A stretch of DNA of 64,000 nt. It comes from Pseudomonadota bacterium. Its GTDB lineage: Bacteria; Myxococcota_A; Polyangia; Palsa-1104; JAEUJZ01. A model generated the notes under the pieces. It was given only the letters and a program-made list of their open reading frames with translations, was not told where the DNA came from and did not search any database. The position numbers were made by a program, and so were the translations under genes. The stretch covers positions 3,529-67,528 of the forward strand of contig DAOLIT010000010.1 of NCBI GenBank assembly GCA_035328405.1. Reading direction: 5' to 3'. Positions 49,932 to 58,773 of this stretch are shown one piece after another (the first letter of the stretch is position 1; each line of letters opens with the position of its first letter).

Positions 49932-52900
49932 TCAGGGCTCGCGGTCGGGGTCCTCCATCGTGGACTGCACCGTTGGAACCCCATCGTCATCCAGAGAGGA
50001 AACCGTCCCCCCGCGCCCCAGCGCAGTTCGGCCCGAAAACGTCAGCTCCTGGTTCATTTGGAAGAACGGATCGTTGTGTTCGTCGCGCAGTCCTTGCGAG
50101 GCCGTCATCCCCATGCCCGTCGAAGGATCGTTGGATTCAAAGCGGCCCCGCAGTTGAATGTGTTGGAAATTTTTGCGTTCCTTGTTCCACCGGAGAAGCT
50201 GCGGAAGTTTGGCTTCCAACTCTGCCGCTTTGGCATCGGGAAACGTCTGCCGCAGGTTCGTAAGTTGCGCATTTCGTTCCGCGAGCGCGGCTTGCTGCAA
50301 GTCGTAGCCCATCGGAACTTGCAGTTTCTGAATCATCTCCGGCGTGAGCGTCGCTTCGAGCACACGCAAATTCTCCGCGCCGTCGGGATTGACGGTCGCC
50401 AGGCCACTAGACTCCCGGTTCACGTAGGGGTTTTTGGTCGGGTCGGCGGTCACGTAATCCAGGCCCAGGTTCTTGATGCGCTGGTCGGCGTTCATCCCCT
50501 CGGTGTTCTGGAGCAGACCCACATCCCCACTGACCGTCCAATTCGGGGTTCCCTCTTTGTAGAACTTGTCCGCCGTATCGCCGCCGATGACCTTGGCGAT
50601 TTTTTGCCCCGCTTGCACGTCCTCGAACAGCGCAATGTTCATTTTGAGCAGCAGTTTGAGTTCCTGGTCGGTCAGCTTGCCCCGCGTTTGTCCAAGCGCA
50701 TCGACTTCCGAGTGCGCCCCGATCGTCCGATGTTCCGTCGCGGGTTTGCCAGCGTTCGTCTGCGCTTCCAACTCGCGCGCCACGCTGTCGGGCATCGTCG
50801 CCTGCTGGTTCTTTTTGATGGTGCCCTTGAGCACTTCGATCTCGTCGGGCGTAAAGCCTTTGGACCGCAGCCGTTCTTCGACCGTGCTGGCTTTGGGCAT
50901 CGTCTTTGGATCGACGCCCAGCTCGGTCGCGAAACCCTGCAACGTGCGCGCTTCATCGACACCGAGCACAGAACCATCCGCTTTCTTCTGGCCTTCCGCC
51001 TTTTTGTGTTCCGCCTCAGCCGCCAGCTCGCGCAACGCCTGTTCGTCGCCCTTTTTCCGCGCCGCGATTTCCTGTTCCCACTGGTTGACCATTTCGTGGT
51101 CTTCAGTGGTCTTCGCCTGAGCGCGCAGATCTTCGAGAGCTTGCTCGTCTGCCGACAGCTTCCGCTTCGGACGCCCCTTGTCATCCAGGGTGCTCTCTTC
51201 ACCCACCCCAGCCTTGGCGTTCTTTTTGACTTTCGCGTCCGCTTCGGTGTCCTTGGCCTTTTCGCCCGATTCCGGTCCCACCGGCTTGGCCTGGTCCGTT
51301 TTGCCCTTCTCTTGCGCAGAAGCGTCCTGGCTCTTTTCGTGCGGATCGGCGGCTTTCCCGTCTGCCACATCTTGGGGTTTTACCGGGTGGTCGTCCTGTT
51401 TGGCTTCCTCGTGCCGCGTTTTTTCCTGGTCCGCCTGTTGCTTGCTTTCTTTCACCGCTTCTTCGGGCGCTTTTTCGTTTTTCCCCTTCTGTTTTTCGGC
51501 GGCCACCTCCTTGTGCACCTCGCTCACGTCGTCCTTGTCGCCCTTCTTGCTGTCGCCGTGCGCACCTTCCTCTGACCCCGCATCGCCCCCCTGGTTTTGC
51601 TCGGCCTTCGGTTTGTCTGGCCCCTGATCTGGGGTTTGAGCCTGCGCTTTTTTCGCTTCCTTCAGCTCCGCACGGGTCTCCGCGATGCTGTCGAGCGACC
51701 CCGAAAGTCCTGCACCACCCACCGACGTCACCCATTTCTTCGCGATGTCTTCGGGACGGCCAGAAAACATGCTGGGATCGAGCACATTGGCGGCGGTCTG
51801 GCCCGCTGCGCTGCTGCTTCCGCCCTTGATGGCCGAGAACATGTACGGATTCATCCCGTTTGGACCGTTTCCAAACGCTTTTCCCACGCCTGCGCTCGTT
51901 CCACCGTTCACAAAACTCGTCAGCATGCTCGAACCGACTTGGCTACCCATTCCTTTCACGAAGTCGCCAAAGTCCCCCTGGTAGTTTTGCTCGTTCATCA
52001 GTCCGCCCACCAAGCTGTTGATTCCGTTTTGCCCCGCGCTCGACAACCCCCCTTTCAACATCGTTTGCAGCATCGTCGCCGTCTTCGGGTCCGCAATCCC
52101 CACAAGCTTGTTGAGCTGTCCTTCCAGGCCGGGCAGTTTGAACGCACCTGCCGTCAGCGCGCTCGCCAGCGTCGTCACCGCATCCACCCCGATGTCTTCG
52201 AGCGCATATCCGCCCTCCAGCATCACCCCTTTGACCGCCATGCTGCTCGCTCCGCCTAGGAGCGCGGACAGCGCCGCCACCACCGCGGGAGACGCCGAGC
52301 CCGCCGTCGCAATCGAAACCGCTGCCCCCACCACCACCGCTGCGCCCGTCGCCACTGCGTTGGTCGCCGAATCCTTCGCCGCCTGGTAGTTCTGCACGTC
52401 CTGACCTTGGTATTCCGTCAGCACGCCCAACCGATCTTTGGCCGCCCCAGACCACGACCCGTCTTTTTGGGCTTGCTGGGCCAAGTTGTTGATTCGCTGG
52501 TGTTGGTAATCGAGCACTTGCCCAGAATCCGAAAACAGATCCGTCACACCGCGCGAGAACCAGTTGCTGCCGCTGCCGCGATCAAATTCGTAGGCCTCGT
52601 TCGCCCGCGACACCATTTCCTCTGGCGTTTCGGGTTTGCCTTTCATCATTTGGCCGATTTCAAAGCCGTCGCGCCCGCTCACTTCGCCTTTGAGCAACGC
52701 ATCCAAATCTTGTCCGTATTTCTCTTTGTACGTTTTCCGCAGCTCATCGATTTCTGTTTTGGACTTGCCTTCCAGCGTCTTGCGAATCAGTTCCTCATTC
52801 GTGCCAATCCCGTTCGTTGCATATTTCAGCGCAAACTCATCGCTGATTTTTCCGTCTTTTTTCAGTTGATTCGCTTTTTCCAAATCGAGCCCGGACAGCT

Positions 52901-54131
52901 CACTTTTCAGCATCTGGTCGAAATTCTGTCCGCCCGCTTTGTTGCCATATTGCTGGTTGTATTTGGCAATCAGTTGTTCGCGTTCTTTTGGCGATTTGCC
53001 CTCCATCGACTTGAAGATCGCCTCTTCGTCCGTGCCCCAAAAGTCTTCGGACGCTACTTTGACCCGAGCCGCTTCTGCCCCTGCCTTGTCGCCCTTGAGC
53101 AAATTCGACGCCACATCTTTTTCGGCCCCAGAAAACTCGCGCCCAAGCGCCTTGGTCAACGGTTCGCCCGTCTTTTTCTGGTACGCCGCCGCCAGCGCCT
53201 TGCGTTCTTTTTCGTCTTTGCACGATTCGATGGCGTCATACACCCCGTTTTCATCCGTCCCCAAACCGAGGTTGAGAAAACCGCCATTCATCGCTTCATC
53301 CAGCTTCACTGCTGCCGCTTTTGCTTTGTCCCCTTCAAGCAACGCTTTCGACAGTGCCAAATCGTTCCCGGACATTTCGCTTTTGAGCATCTTGTCCAGG
53401 CTCTGGCCCGTCTTCTTTTCATACGCCGCCACGATCTGTTTGCGCTGCGCTGGGTCTGTCACATTTTCCAGAACCGATTGAATTTTCTTCTCATCGGTTC
53501 CCATTCCAAACATTCCGCCATGGGCCGCATTGTCGAGCGCCGCAACCGCACTCTTGACCGGATCTCCCGACAGAGCCGCCTGCGCTTCTTCCAGGTCTTT
53601 GCCCCCCAGCTCCCCTTTGATGTCGTTGTCCAGGCTGCGGCCAAAGTGGTCCTGATACGCCGCTTTGATCGCTTTGACCTCCGCAGGAGACTTCCCTCGC
53701 AGCGCATTGTGAATGGCGTCTTCGTCGGTGCCCCAACCATCCATCGCCTTGAAAAGCTGGTTGGCCGAATCCCGAACCGCTTTCGGATCGATCGGTTTCT
53801 CCTCAACTGCCGGCGCCGCCTTTTTCGCGTCGAGCTTCGGATCGAGCTTCGGATCGAGCTTCGGATCGAGCTTCGGGTCAACTTGTGGACCACGCTTGTC
53901 CATCGGCTTGTCTGGCAACGCAGCGGGCAACTTCCCTGGCAACACCGGGCCAATCGGAGAAACGGGGTCGCCAGGTCCTCCAGGCCCCTTGGACGGCGGC
54001 GGCATTTTGTTGCCACCTCCGAACAAACTGGTCACTTTGGACCAAATCCCCTGCTCTCCGCCCTTCTGAGCGTCGGGCTTTTGCGTGGTCGGTTTGTTCT
54101 TGTCGCCCTGAAAAAAATCGAACAACGACAT
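49932..54131 (-). CDS. large annexin-repeat polymorphic-toxin-like protein
   Basis: ATG start (MSLFDFFQG; the tracked ORF begins at an upstream TTG, 54143). 5-6 annexin repeats with the endonexin motif (K-G-x-G-T-[38]-D/E; e.g. KAMDGWGTDEDAIHNALRGKSPAEVKAIKAAYQDHFGRSLDNDIKGELGG). Then a Gly/Ala-rich hydrophobic block, a K/E/D-rich linker and a ~400-aa C-terminal region. No signal peptide. Confidence 0.75.
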   Translation of the reverse strand: MSLFDFFQGDKNKPTTQKPDAQKGGEQGIWSKVTSLFGGGNKMPPPSKGPGGPGDPVSPIGPVLPGKLPAALPDKPMDKRGPQVDPKLDPKLDPKLDPKLDAKKAAPAVEEKPIDPKAVRDSANQLFKAMDGWGTDEDAIHNALRGKSPAEVKAIKAAYQDHFGRSLDNDIKGELGGKDLEEAQAALSGDPVKSAVAALDNAAHGGMFGMGTDEKKIQSVLENVTDPAQRKQIVAAYEKKTGQSLDKMLKSEMSGNDLALSKALLEGDKAKAAAVKLDEAMNGGFLNLGLGTDENGVYDAIESCKDEKERKALAAAYQKKTGEPLTKALGREFSGAEKDVASNLLKGDKAGAEAARVKVASEDFWGTDEEAIFKSMEGKSPKEREQLIAKYNQQYGNKAGGQNFDQMLKSELSGLDLEKANQLKKDGKISDEFALKYATNGIGTNEELIRKTLEGKSKTEIDELRKTYKEKYGQDLDALLKGEVSGRDGFEIGQMMKGKPETPEEMVSRANEAYEFDRGSGSNWFSRGVTDLFSDSGQVLDYQHQRINNLAQQAQKDGSWSGAAKDRLGVLTEYQGQDVQNYQAAKDSATNAVATGAAVVVGAAVSIATAGSASPAVVAALSALLGGASSMAVKGVMLEGGYALEDIGVDAVTTLASALTAGAFKLPGLEGQLNKLVGIADPKTATMLQTMLKGGLSSAGQNGINSLVGGLMNEQNYQGDFGDFVKGMGSQVGSSMLTSFVNGGTSAGVGKAFGNGPNGMNPYMFSAIKGGSSSAAGQTAANVLDPSMFSGRPEDIAKKWVTSVGGAGLSGSLDSIAETRAELKEAKKAQAQTPDQGPDKPKAEQNQGGDAGSEEGAHGDSKKGDKDDVSEVHKEVAAEKQKGKNEKAPEEAVKESKQQADQEKTRHEEAKQDDHPVKPQDVADGKAADPHEKSQDASAQEKGKTDQAKPVGPESGEKAKDTEADAKVKKNAKAGVGEESTLDDKGRPKRKLSADEQALEDLRAQAKTTEDHEMVNQWEQEIAARKKGDEQALRELAAEAEHKKAEGQKKADGSVLGVDEARTLQGFATELGVDPKTMPKASTVEERLRSKGFTPDEIEVLKGTIKKNQQATMPDSVARELEAQTNAGKPATEHRTIGAHSEVDALGQTRGKLTDQELKLLLKMNIALFEDVQAGQKIAKVIGGDTADKFYKEGTPNWTVSGDVGLLQNTEGMNADQRIKNLGLDYVTADPTKNPYVNRESSGLATVNPDGAENLRVLEATLTPEMIQKLQVPMGYDLQQAALAERNAQLTNLRQTFPDAKAAELEAKLPQLLRWNKERKNFQHIQLRGRFESNDPSTGMGMTASQGLRDEHNDPFFQMNQELTFSGRTALGRGGTVSSLDDDGVPTVQSTMEDPDREP

Positions 54132-54147
54132 CTTGCCCCCCAAAACG

Positions 54148-54205
54148 TTGTGCGTCGCGCCGTTGAGATTATCGTCTGGTTTCGACGCAAGTGTCTGTTT
54201 CGAGG
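54148..54205. promoter_or_regulatory. ~57-nt palindrome-containing element, copy A (immediately 5' of the toxin gene)
   Basis: ttgtgcgtcgcgccgttgagattatcgtctggtttcgacgcaagtgtctgtttc, with internal 7-bp inverted repeat TGCGTCG...CGACGCA. Near-identical to copy B at 58774-58830. Confidence 0.6.
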
Positions 54206-54410
54206 GAAGGTCGTGTTTGGGGAACTGGGTCTACGGAAGACCGTTTACCTACTGCGCATCGAGCCAGGACAGATCGCCCTCGAACAGGCACAGGTTCCTG
54301 TTGCCCGAGGTCTGGGACTCCCTTGGCCGAAGTCAGGGACTCCCTTGCAGGTTCCACTCCCGCCGTCTCCGCCCGAACTACCCCGGATAGGCATTCTCTC
54401 CATCCTGCCT

Positions 54411-54752
54411 TCAGTACCGGTGTTTCGTCGTCTCAATCTCCTCGACCTCGCGGGCACCCGCGACCGGGAGAATCTCGGTCAGCACCCTGTGCCGGGCGTT
54501 CGCCACGCGCTCGTCGTGCTCCATGTCCTCGGATTCGACCTTCAGGACCGCGTCGAGTATACCCTTGTAGTGATCGTAGAATCGTAGTCTTGCCTTGTCG
54601 CCGATGTCCGCACTGAGCCAGTCGTCCTCGTAGCGCCGCTCGGTGCTGTAATGGACCCAGGGGCGCTTCGTCGCCGGTTCGAGCAATTTCTTCAATCGAC
54701 CGAAATAGTCGTTGTCGGTCTTGAACCGCCAGGTGATGTAGGTCGTCTTCAT
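54411..54752 (-). CDS. small acidic hypothetical protein (candidate immunity protein for orphan cassette 2)
   Basis: 113 aa, begins 25 nt after the stop of the orphan cassette ORF, same strand. No signal peptide. Confidence 0.45.
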   Translation of the reverse strand: MKTTYITWRFKTDNDYFGRLKKLLEPATKRPWVHYSTERRYEDDWLSADIGDKARLRFYDHYKGILDAVLKVESEDMEHDERVANARHRVLTEILPVAGAREVEEIETTKHRY

Positions 54753-54776
54753 TCGTGCTCTCGCAATCTAGGAGTA

Positions 54777-56405
54777 CTAGTCCCTGTCGGGTCCAGTGTA
54801 CAGGGTCGGGGGCGTCGTGAACGGGTCGTTTCCAATGTTCAGCTTGAAGTCGAACAGCCCGTCCTTGTTTTTCGGATCTGCTAGCGTGGCCGGGTCATAG
54901 GCGCGCTGGTCCCATTCCTTGCCGTACCGGTAGAGATCGCCGCCCAGGTCGGTATTGGAGAACCCCGGCTTGCCGTCGGGTGAGCCGGTCTTGAAGATAC
55001 CGTAGTCGGCGTTGATCGGGTTGTCGATTTGCATCGCTCCGACCTTGGCCTGGTCGCTGAACACGGCGAGGTCGGTGTCGGATTCGGGCGTCCACGCGCC
55101 GCGCTGGAACCAATCCTCGTCGTTGCGTCCGCTACCATAGTGTTGCAGGAGCTTCATCGGGTTGTTCTTCCAGCCGGTGGTGCCTGAGCCGACCTGGACG
55201 ACCTGCATGTCGGTGATGCCATTACGGTCGGCGATGGCGGCGAGGCCCCCCTGGAAGTCGCGCATCTGCTCGGTGGCTCCGGCGAGATCGTTGACGTCGC
55301 CGCGTGCCCCCTTATAGGTCAGCGGCACCCGCTCGCCGTCCGCGTTTCCCTGGACCGCGAGCTTCAAGCGTTCGGCGGAGACATCGTTCGGGTGCTCGGC
55401 CTCGCCGCTTCGGACGCGCTCGTAGTTCGACTCGTTGAGCTTGCGCAAATGGTTGTGGGCGGCCTGGATGATCTCGTCGGGCGTCGAGCCCGATGTCAAG
55501 CCAGCGGCCTTTCCCGCCTCGCTGTTTACGAAGGCATCCATGCCATTGAACTCAAGCTGGTGCTTGTCGTGATCCTCCAGACTTATCTTCCCAGACGCGA
55601 AGAGCTCGGCTTCGCGCTCGCGGCTGAGGCGACCTTCCTTCGGCAGTACGTCGAGCTTGTCCATCGCCCACTTCACGGCCTTTTCAACCTCATTGGCGGA
55701 AGGCGGCAACTTCTTGGGCCCCTCCGCGTTGGAGACGTCCGCCGCAGTCAAGACGGCAGTCGTCTTGTCGTCATGAGTCTCGTCACCCAGGGTCGGCTTT
55801 GAGGTGTCCTCGGTCTTGGGTTTTACCGGGTGGTCGTCCTGTTTGGCTTCCTCGTGCCGCGTTTTTTCCTGGTCCGCCTGTTGCTTGCTTTCTTTCACCG
55901 CTTCTTCGGGCGCTTTTTCGTTTTTCCCCTTCTGTTTTTCGGCGGCCACCTCCTTGTGCACCTCGCTCACGTCGTCCTTGTCGCCCTTCTTGCTGTCGCC
56001 GTGCGCACCTTCCTCTGACCCCGCATCGCCCCCCTGGTTTTGCTCGGCCTTCGGTTTGTCTGGCCCCTGATCTGGGGTTTGAGCCTGCGCTTTTTTCGCT
56101 TCCTTCAGCTCCGCACGGGTCTCCGCGATGCTGTCGAGCGACCCCGAAAGTCCTGCACCACCCACCGACGTCACCCATTTCTTCGCGATGTCTTCGGGAC
56201 GGCCAGAAAACATGCTGGGATCGAGCACATTGGCGGCGGTCTGGCCCGCTGCGCTGCTGCTTCCGCCCTTGATGGCCGAGAACATGTACGGATTCATCCC
56301 GTTTGGACCGTTTCCAAACGCTTTTCCCACGCCTGCGCTCGTTCCACCGTTCACAAAACTCGTCAGCATGCTCGAACCGCTCAGCGCGTCCCTGTCTTGA
56401 GCCAA
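54777..56405 (-). pseudogene. orphan (5'-truncated) toxin cassette: homology block plus an alternative ~350-aa C-terminal domain
   Basis: Nucleotides ~55817-56380 are essentially identical to 51377-51945 inside the toxin gene (encoding SSMLTSF...EEAKQDDHPVKP). The reading frame then diverges into an unrelated C-terminal domain. No ATG/RBS at the 5' boundary (the tracked start is a TTG); the 5' end overlaps the upstream pentapeptide gene. Confidence 0.65.
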
Positions 56406-57124
56406 GCAGGAATCGTCGTCACATCAGGTGCAGGTCCGCCGTCGAAGTCGCCAGAAAAATCAGGGCTGATGATCTCACAGGCCCCTTCCATCACCGGTTC
56501 CCCCTGAACGCCATGAAACGCGCAGCGCTCGAACACTGCATCCTTGAGCTTCAGACCGTTGAAGTTGGCGCTGCGGAAATCGCACTGAACAAAGCGGGTC
56601 CGGTACGCGCTGCCTAGGGGCGGTCCCCCGGTTCGGGTGAGCTTCGCACCGCGAAAGTTGCAGTACTCGAACAAACTGTCATCGAAGGTCATGTCGTTGA
56701 GTTTTGCGCCGGTGAAATTGCAGCGGAGCGTGCGCGCTTCTGGAAAGGAGCTCCGATCCATGATCGCAAAAGAAAAATCCGAGTCGCTGATCATTCCACC
56801 GTCGTAGTCAATCATCGACAGCGTGCTGCCCACGAAGCGACAGCCTTCGATGCGAGCGCGCTCCAAGGCGCACATGCTCAAACTGGCGCGATCAAAGACG
56901 CAGCGAATGAGCTCGATTTCTTCAAAGCCGCACTGCTGAAACTGCGAATCACTGAGATCGCAGCTCACGAAGCGAGCGCCTAGAAAAATGCAACCGGCGT
57001 CGCGTGACTTACGGAACTCATGGCCTTCGAGATCGATGCGGCCCGCGCCGGTCTTTCCCCGCTCCAGCCACTGCCGATGTTCCCGTTGAACCTCTTTGGA
57101 GAGTTCGACTTGCCAGCTCAACAT
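56381..57124 (-). CDS. pentapeptide-repeat protein (candidate immunity protein for the deaminase-fold orphan fragment)
   Basis: Consecutive A(D/N)LxF-type pentapeptides (CDLSDSQFQQCGFEEIELIRCVFDRASLSMCALERARIEGCRFVGSTLS...). Starts 16 nt after the ADA-like fragment. Confidence 0.65.
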   Translation of the reverse strand: MLSWQVELSKEVQREHRQWLERGKTGAGRIDLEGHEFRKSRDAGCIFLGARFVSCDLSDSQFQQCGFEEIELIRCVFDRASLSMCALERARIEGCRFVGSTLSMIDYDGGMISDSDFSFAIMDRSSFPEARTLRCNFTGAKLNDMTFDDSLFEYCNFRGAKLTRTGGPPLGSAYRTRFVQCDFRSANFNGLKLKDAVFERCAFHGVQGEPVMEGACEIISPDFSGDFDGGPAPDVTTIPAWLKTGTR

Positions 57125-57139
57125 TGGGCCACCCTAAGC

Positions 57140-57550
57140 TCACTCCGCGTCCTGGTCAAGGCGTGCATTGTCCCGTGCGTCTCCGTCGGAAACCTGATCG
57201 CCGTAGGCGCTTGCGGACTCTTTTAGGAGGCTCATGCCCTGCGCGATTCGCGCCCGCTGCTCGTCTGACATCTGTTGGAAGTACTTCAGTTCTCCATCCA
57301 TCTCGATGGGGAAGCGGCCCTTCATATATGCCTTGAATAGCTGCTCGGCGCGCTTGTATTCCTTGCTGAGCGTGGTGTGCATCACCGAGTGCCCGTCGGT
57401 ACTGAGGATGGTTGGCACCCCCTCAGCAATCAGGTTGATGAGGGAGTGATTCTGGAAGGTGTTGTCGCGGCCCCCTCGTACCGGCTGGAGCGAGCCGGTT
57501 TGCTCGTTGCTGGTCAGGTTGACTTCCGCGTAGATCCCAAGCTCCTTCAT
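57140..57550 (-). pseudogene. orphan fragment encoding the C-terminal third of an adenosine/AMP-deaminase-fold (metal-dependent hydrolase) domain
   Basis: 'AEVNLTSNEQTGSL' ~ ADA 'CPxSNxxT' and 'VPTILSTDGHSVMHTTLSKEY' ~ ADA 'SINTDDP...EY'. Upstream (57590-57650) is a remnant of the toxin homology block in another frame (AAEKQNGKNEKAPDD) ending in a stop. Confidence 0.55.
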
Positions 57551-57671
57551 GCGCTTGATCTGCTCGGACGTTGCGTGCGTGGCATGACCGAAGCGATCTG
57601 GCTGAGCGCAGTGTCGTCGGGCGCTTTTTCGTTTTTCCCGTTCTGTTTTTCGGCTGCGACCTCACGGTCTG

Positions 57672-57975
57672 GGTGCCAGACTTGGTGGTCTTGGATCGGG
57701 CCTTGGCGGTCTTGGACCTAGACTGGGTGGTCTTGGACCTCGACCTGGTGGTCTTGGACCTAGCCTTGGCGGTCTTGGACCTAGACTGGGTGGTCTTGGA
57801 CCTAGACTGGGTGGTCTTGGACCGGGCCTTGGTGGTGTTGGACTGAGACCTGGTGGTCTTGGACCTAGACTGGGTGGTCTTGGACCGGGCCTTGGTGGTG
57901 TTGGACTGACACCTGGTGGTCTTGGACCTAGACCTGGTGGTCTTGGACGTGGCCTTGGCGGTGTTGGACCTAGAC
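57672..57975. repeat. 21-bp tandem repeat array x14 (ggtcttggacctagactgggt-like)
   Basis: Direct read of 14 consecutive 21-nt units with point variants. Open in several frames on both strands. Confidence 0.9.
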
Positions 57976-58140
57976 TTGGTGAAGGATCGCTCCCGATTTG
58001 TGAATCTGTGTTCACTTTTTGTGATGGAAAAACCACGCAATCCTGAAAAAAAATTGCTTTTTTTCAGCGTTTCCCTTGCGGCGCGAGATTTTTGAACTAC
58101 ACATGTGGCACTCGCACTCTGCGAGAAAGGAGACCGCCTC

Positions 58141-58635
58141 ATGGCCAAAGACCCAAAAAACCCTGTTCCCGGTGACCTCGCGATCGATTGCACGCCCATT
58201 GCTGACCTGATTGTGGACCTGCCCCCAGGTGCGATGACCGGCATGCGCAAAGAACGCGCAGGCCTCGACGCGCTGCTGACGGAGATTGCAGCCAATCAAA
58301 AACTCTTCGGGGTCCGAGCGGGCATTGTTGACGAGGAGGTGAAGGCGCTCGACAAGCTGACCGAGCAACTTCAGCACACCCGCAAATACAAAGAACCGCT
58401 GCGCAAACTGCTGGAGCTTGTCACCGAGACCGAAGCTGCCCTCGACAATGAGCGGCACCAGCGCATCAGCAGCATCGCCACAAGCGTTGAACAACGCGCC
58501 AAGATTCCCGGCAACGAGGACCTCATGAGTCTGTACCGAGCGACGCGCGAATACCGCTCTGCCGTCGGGAAAAAAGCGGCCCACACGCGCACCAAACAAC
58601 AAAAGAACGACCACGACCCCAAGCCCGCCGTCTAA
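58141..58635 (+). CDS. hypothetical coiled-coil protein
   Basis: RBS AAAGGAGA, start MAKDPKNPV. Ordinary composition, unlike overlapping Arg-rich ORFs. No recognised motif. Confidence 0.45.
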   Translation: MAKDPKNPVPGDLAIDCTPIADLIVDLPPGAMTGMRKERAGLDALLTEIAANQKLFGVRAGIVDEEVKALDKLTEQLQHTRKYKEPLRKLLELVTETEAALDNERHQRISSIATSVEQRAKIPGNEDLMSLYRATREYRSAVGKKAAHTRTKQQKNDHDPKPAV

Positions 58636-58773
58636 CAAACGAACGATGTAGCCCCTCGCCGACCCCCTAGGCCCTTCCCCGGCCCTTCCTGCTGTATCCC
58701 CCCGGCTGTACGCTCCCTTTTCCAAACGGTGTCTTCCGCACAGAGTCGATGTCTTTCCCACAAAAACAAACTT

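Noticed and set aside
54133-54390. 85-aa plus ORF starting in palindromic element copy A (and its 186-aa counterpart 58749-59309 at copy B)
   Set aside because: At copy B the better-supported gene is in another frame with a strong RBS (58843). The shared N-termini (…CVAPLRL.SGFDASV…) just reflect translation of the repeated element.
52407-54587. 726-aa plus-strand ORF
   Set aside because: It is antisense to the annexin-toxin gene and Arg/Phe-rich, a typical mirror-frame artefact in high-GC DNA.
57140-57550. RADAR-type RdrB adenosine deaminase
   Set aside because: Only a ~135-aa C-terminal fragment of an ADA-fold is present. There is no ~800-aa deaminase and no RdrA ATPase. The context is an orphan toxin cassette.
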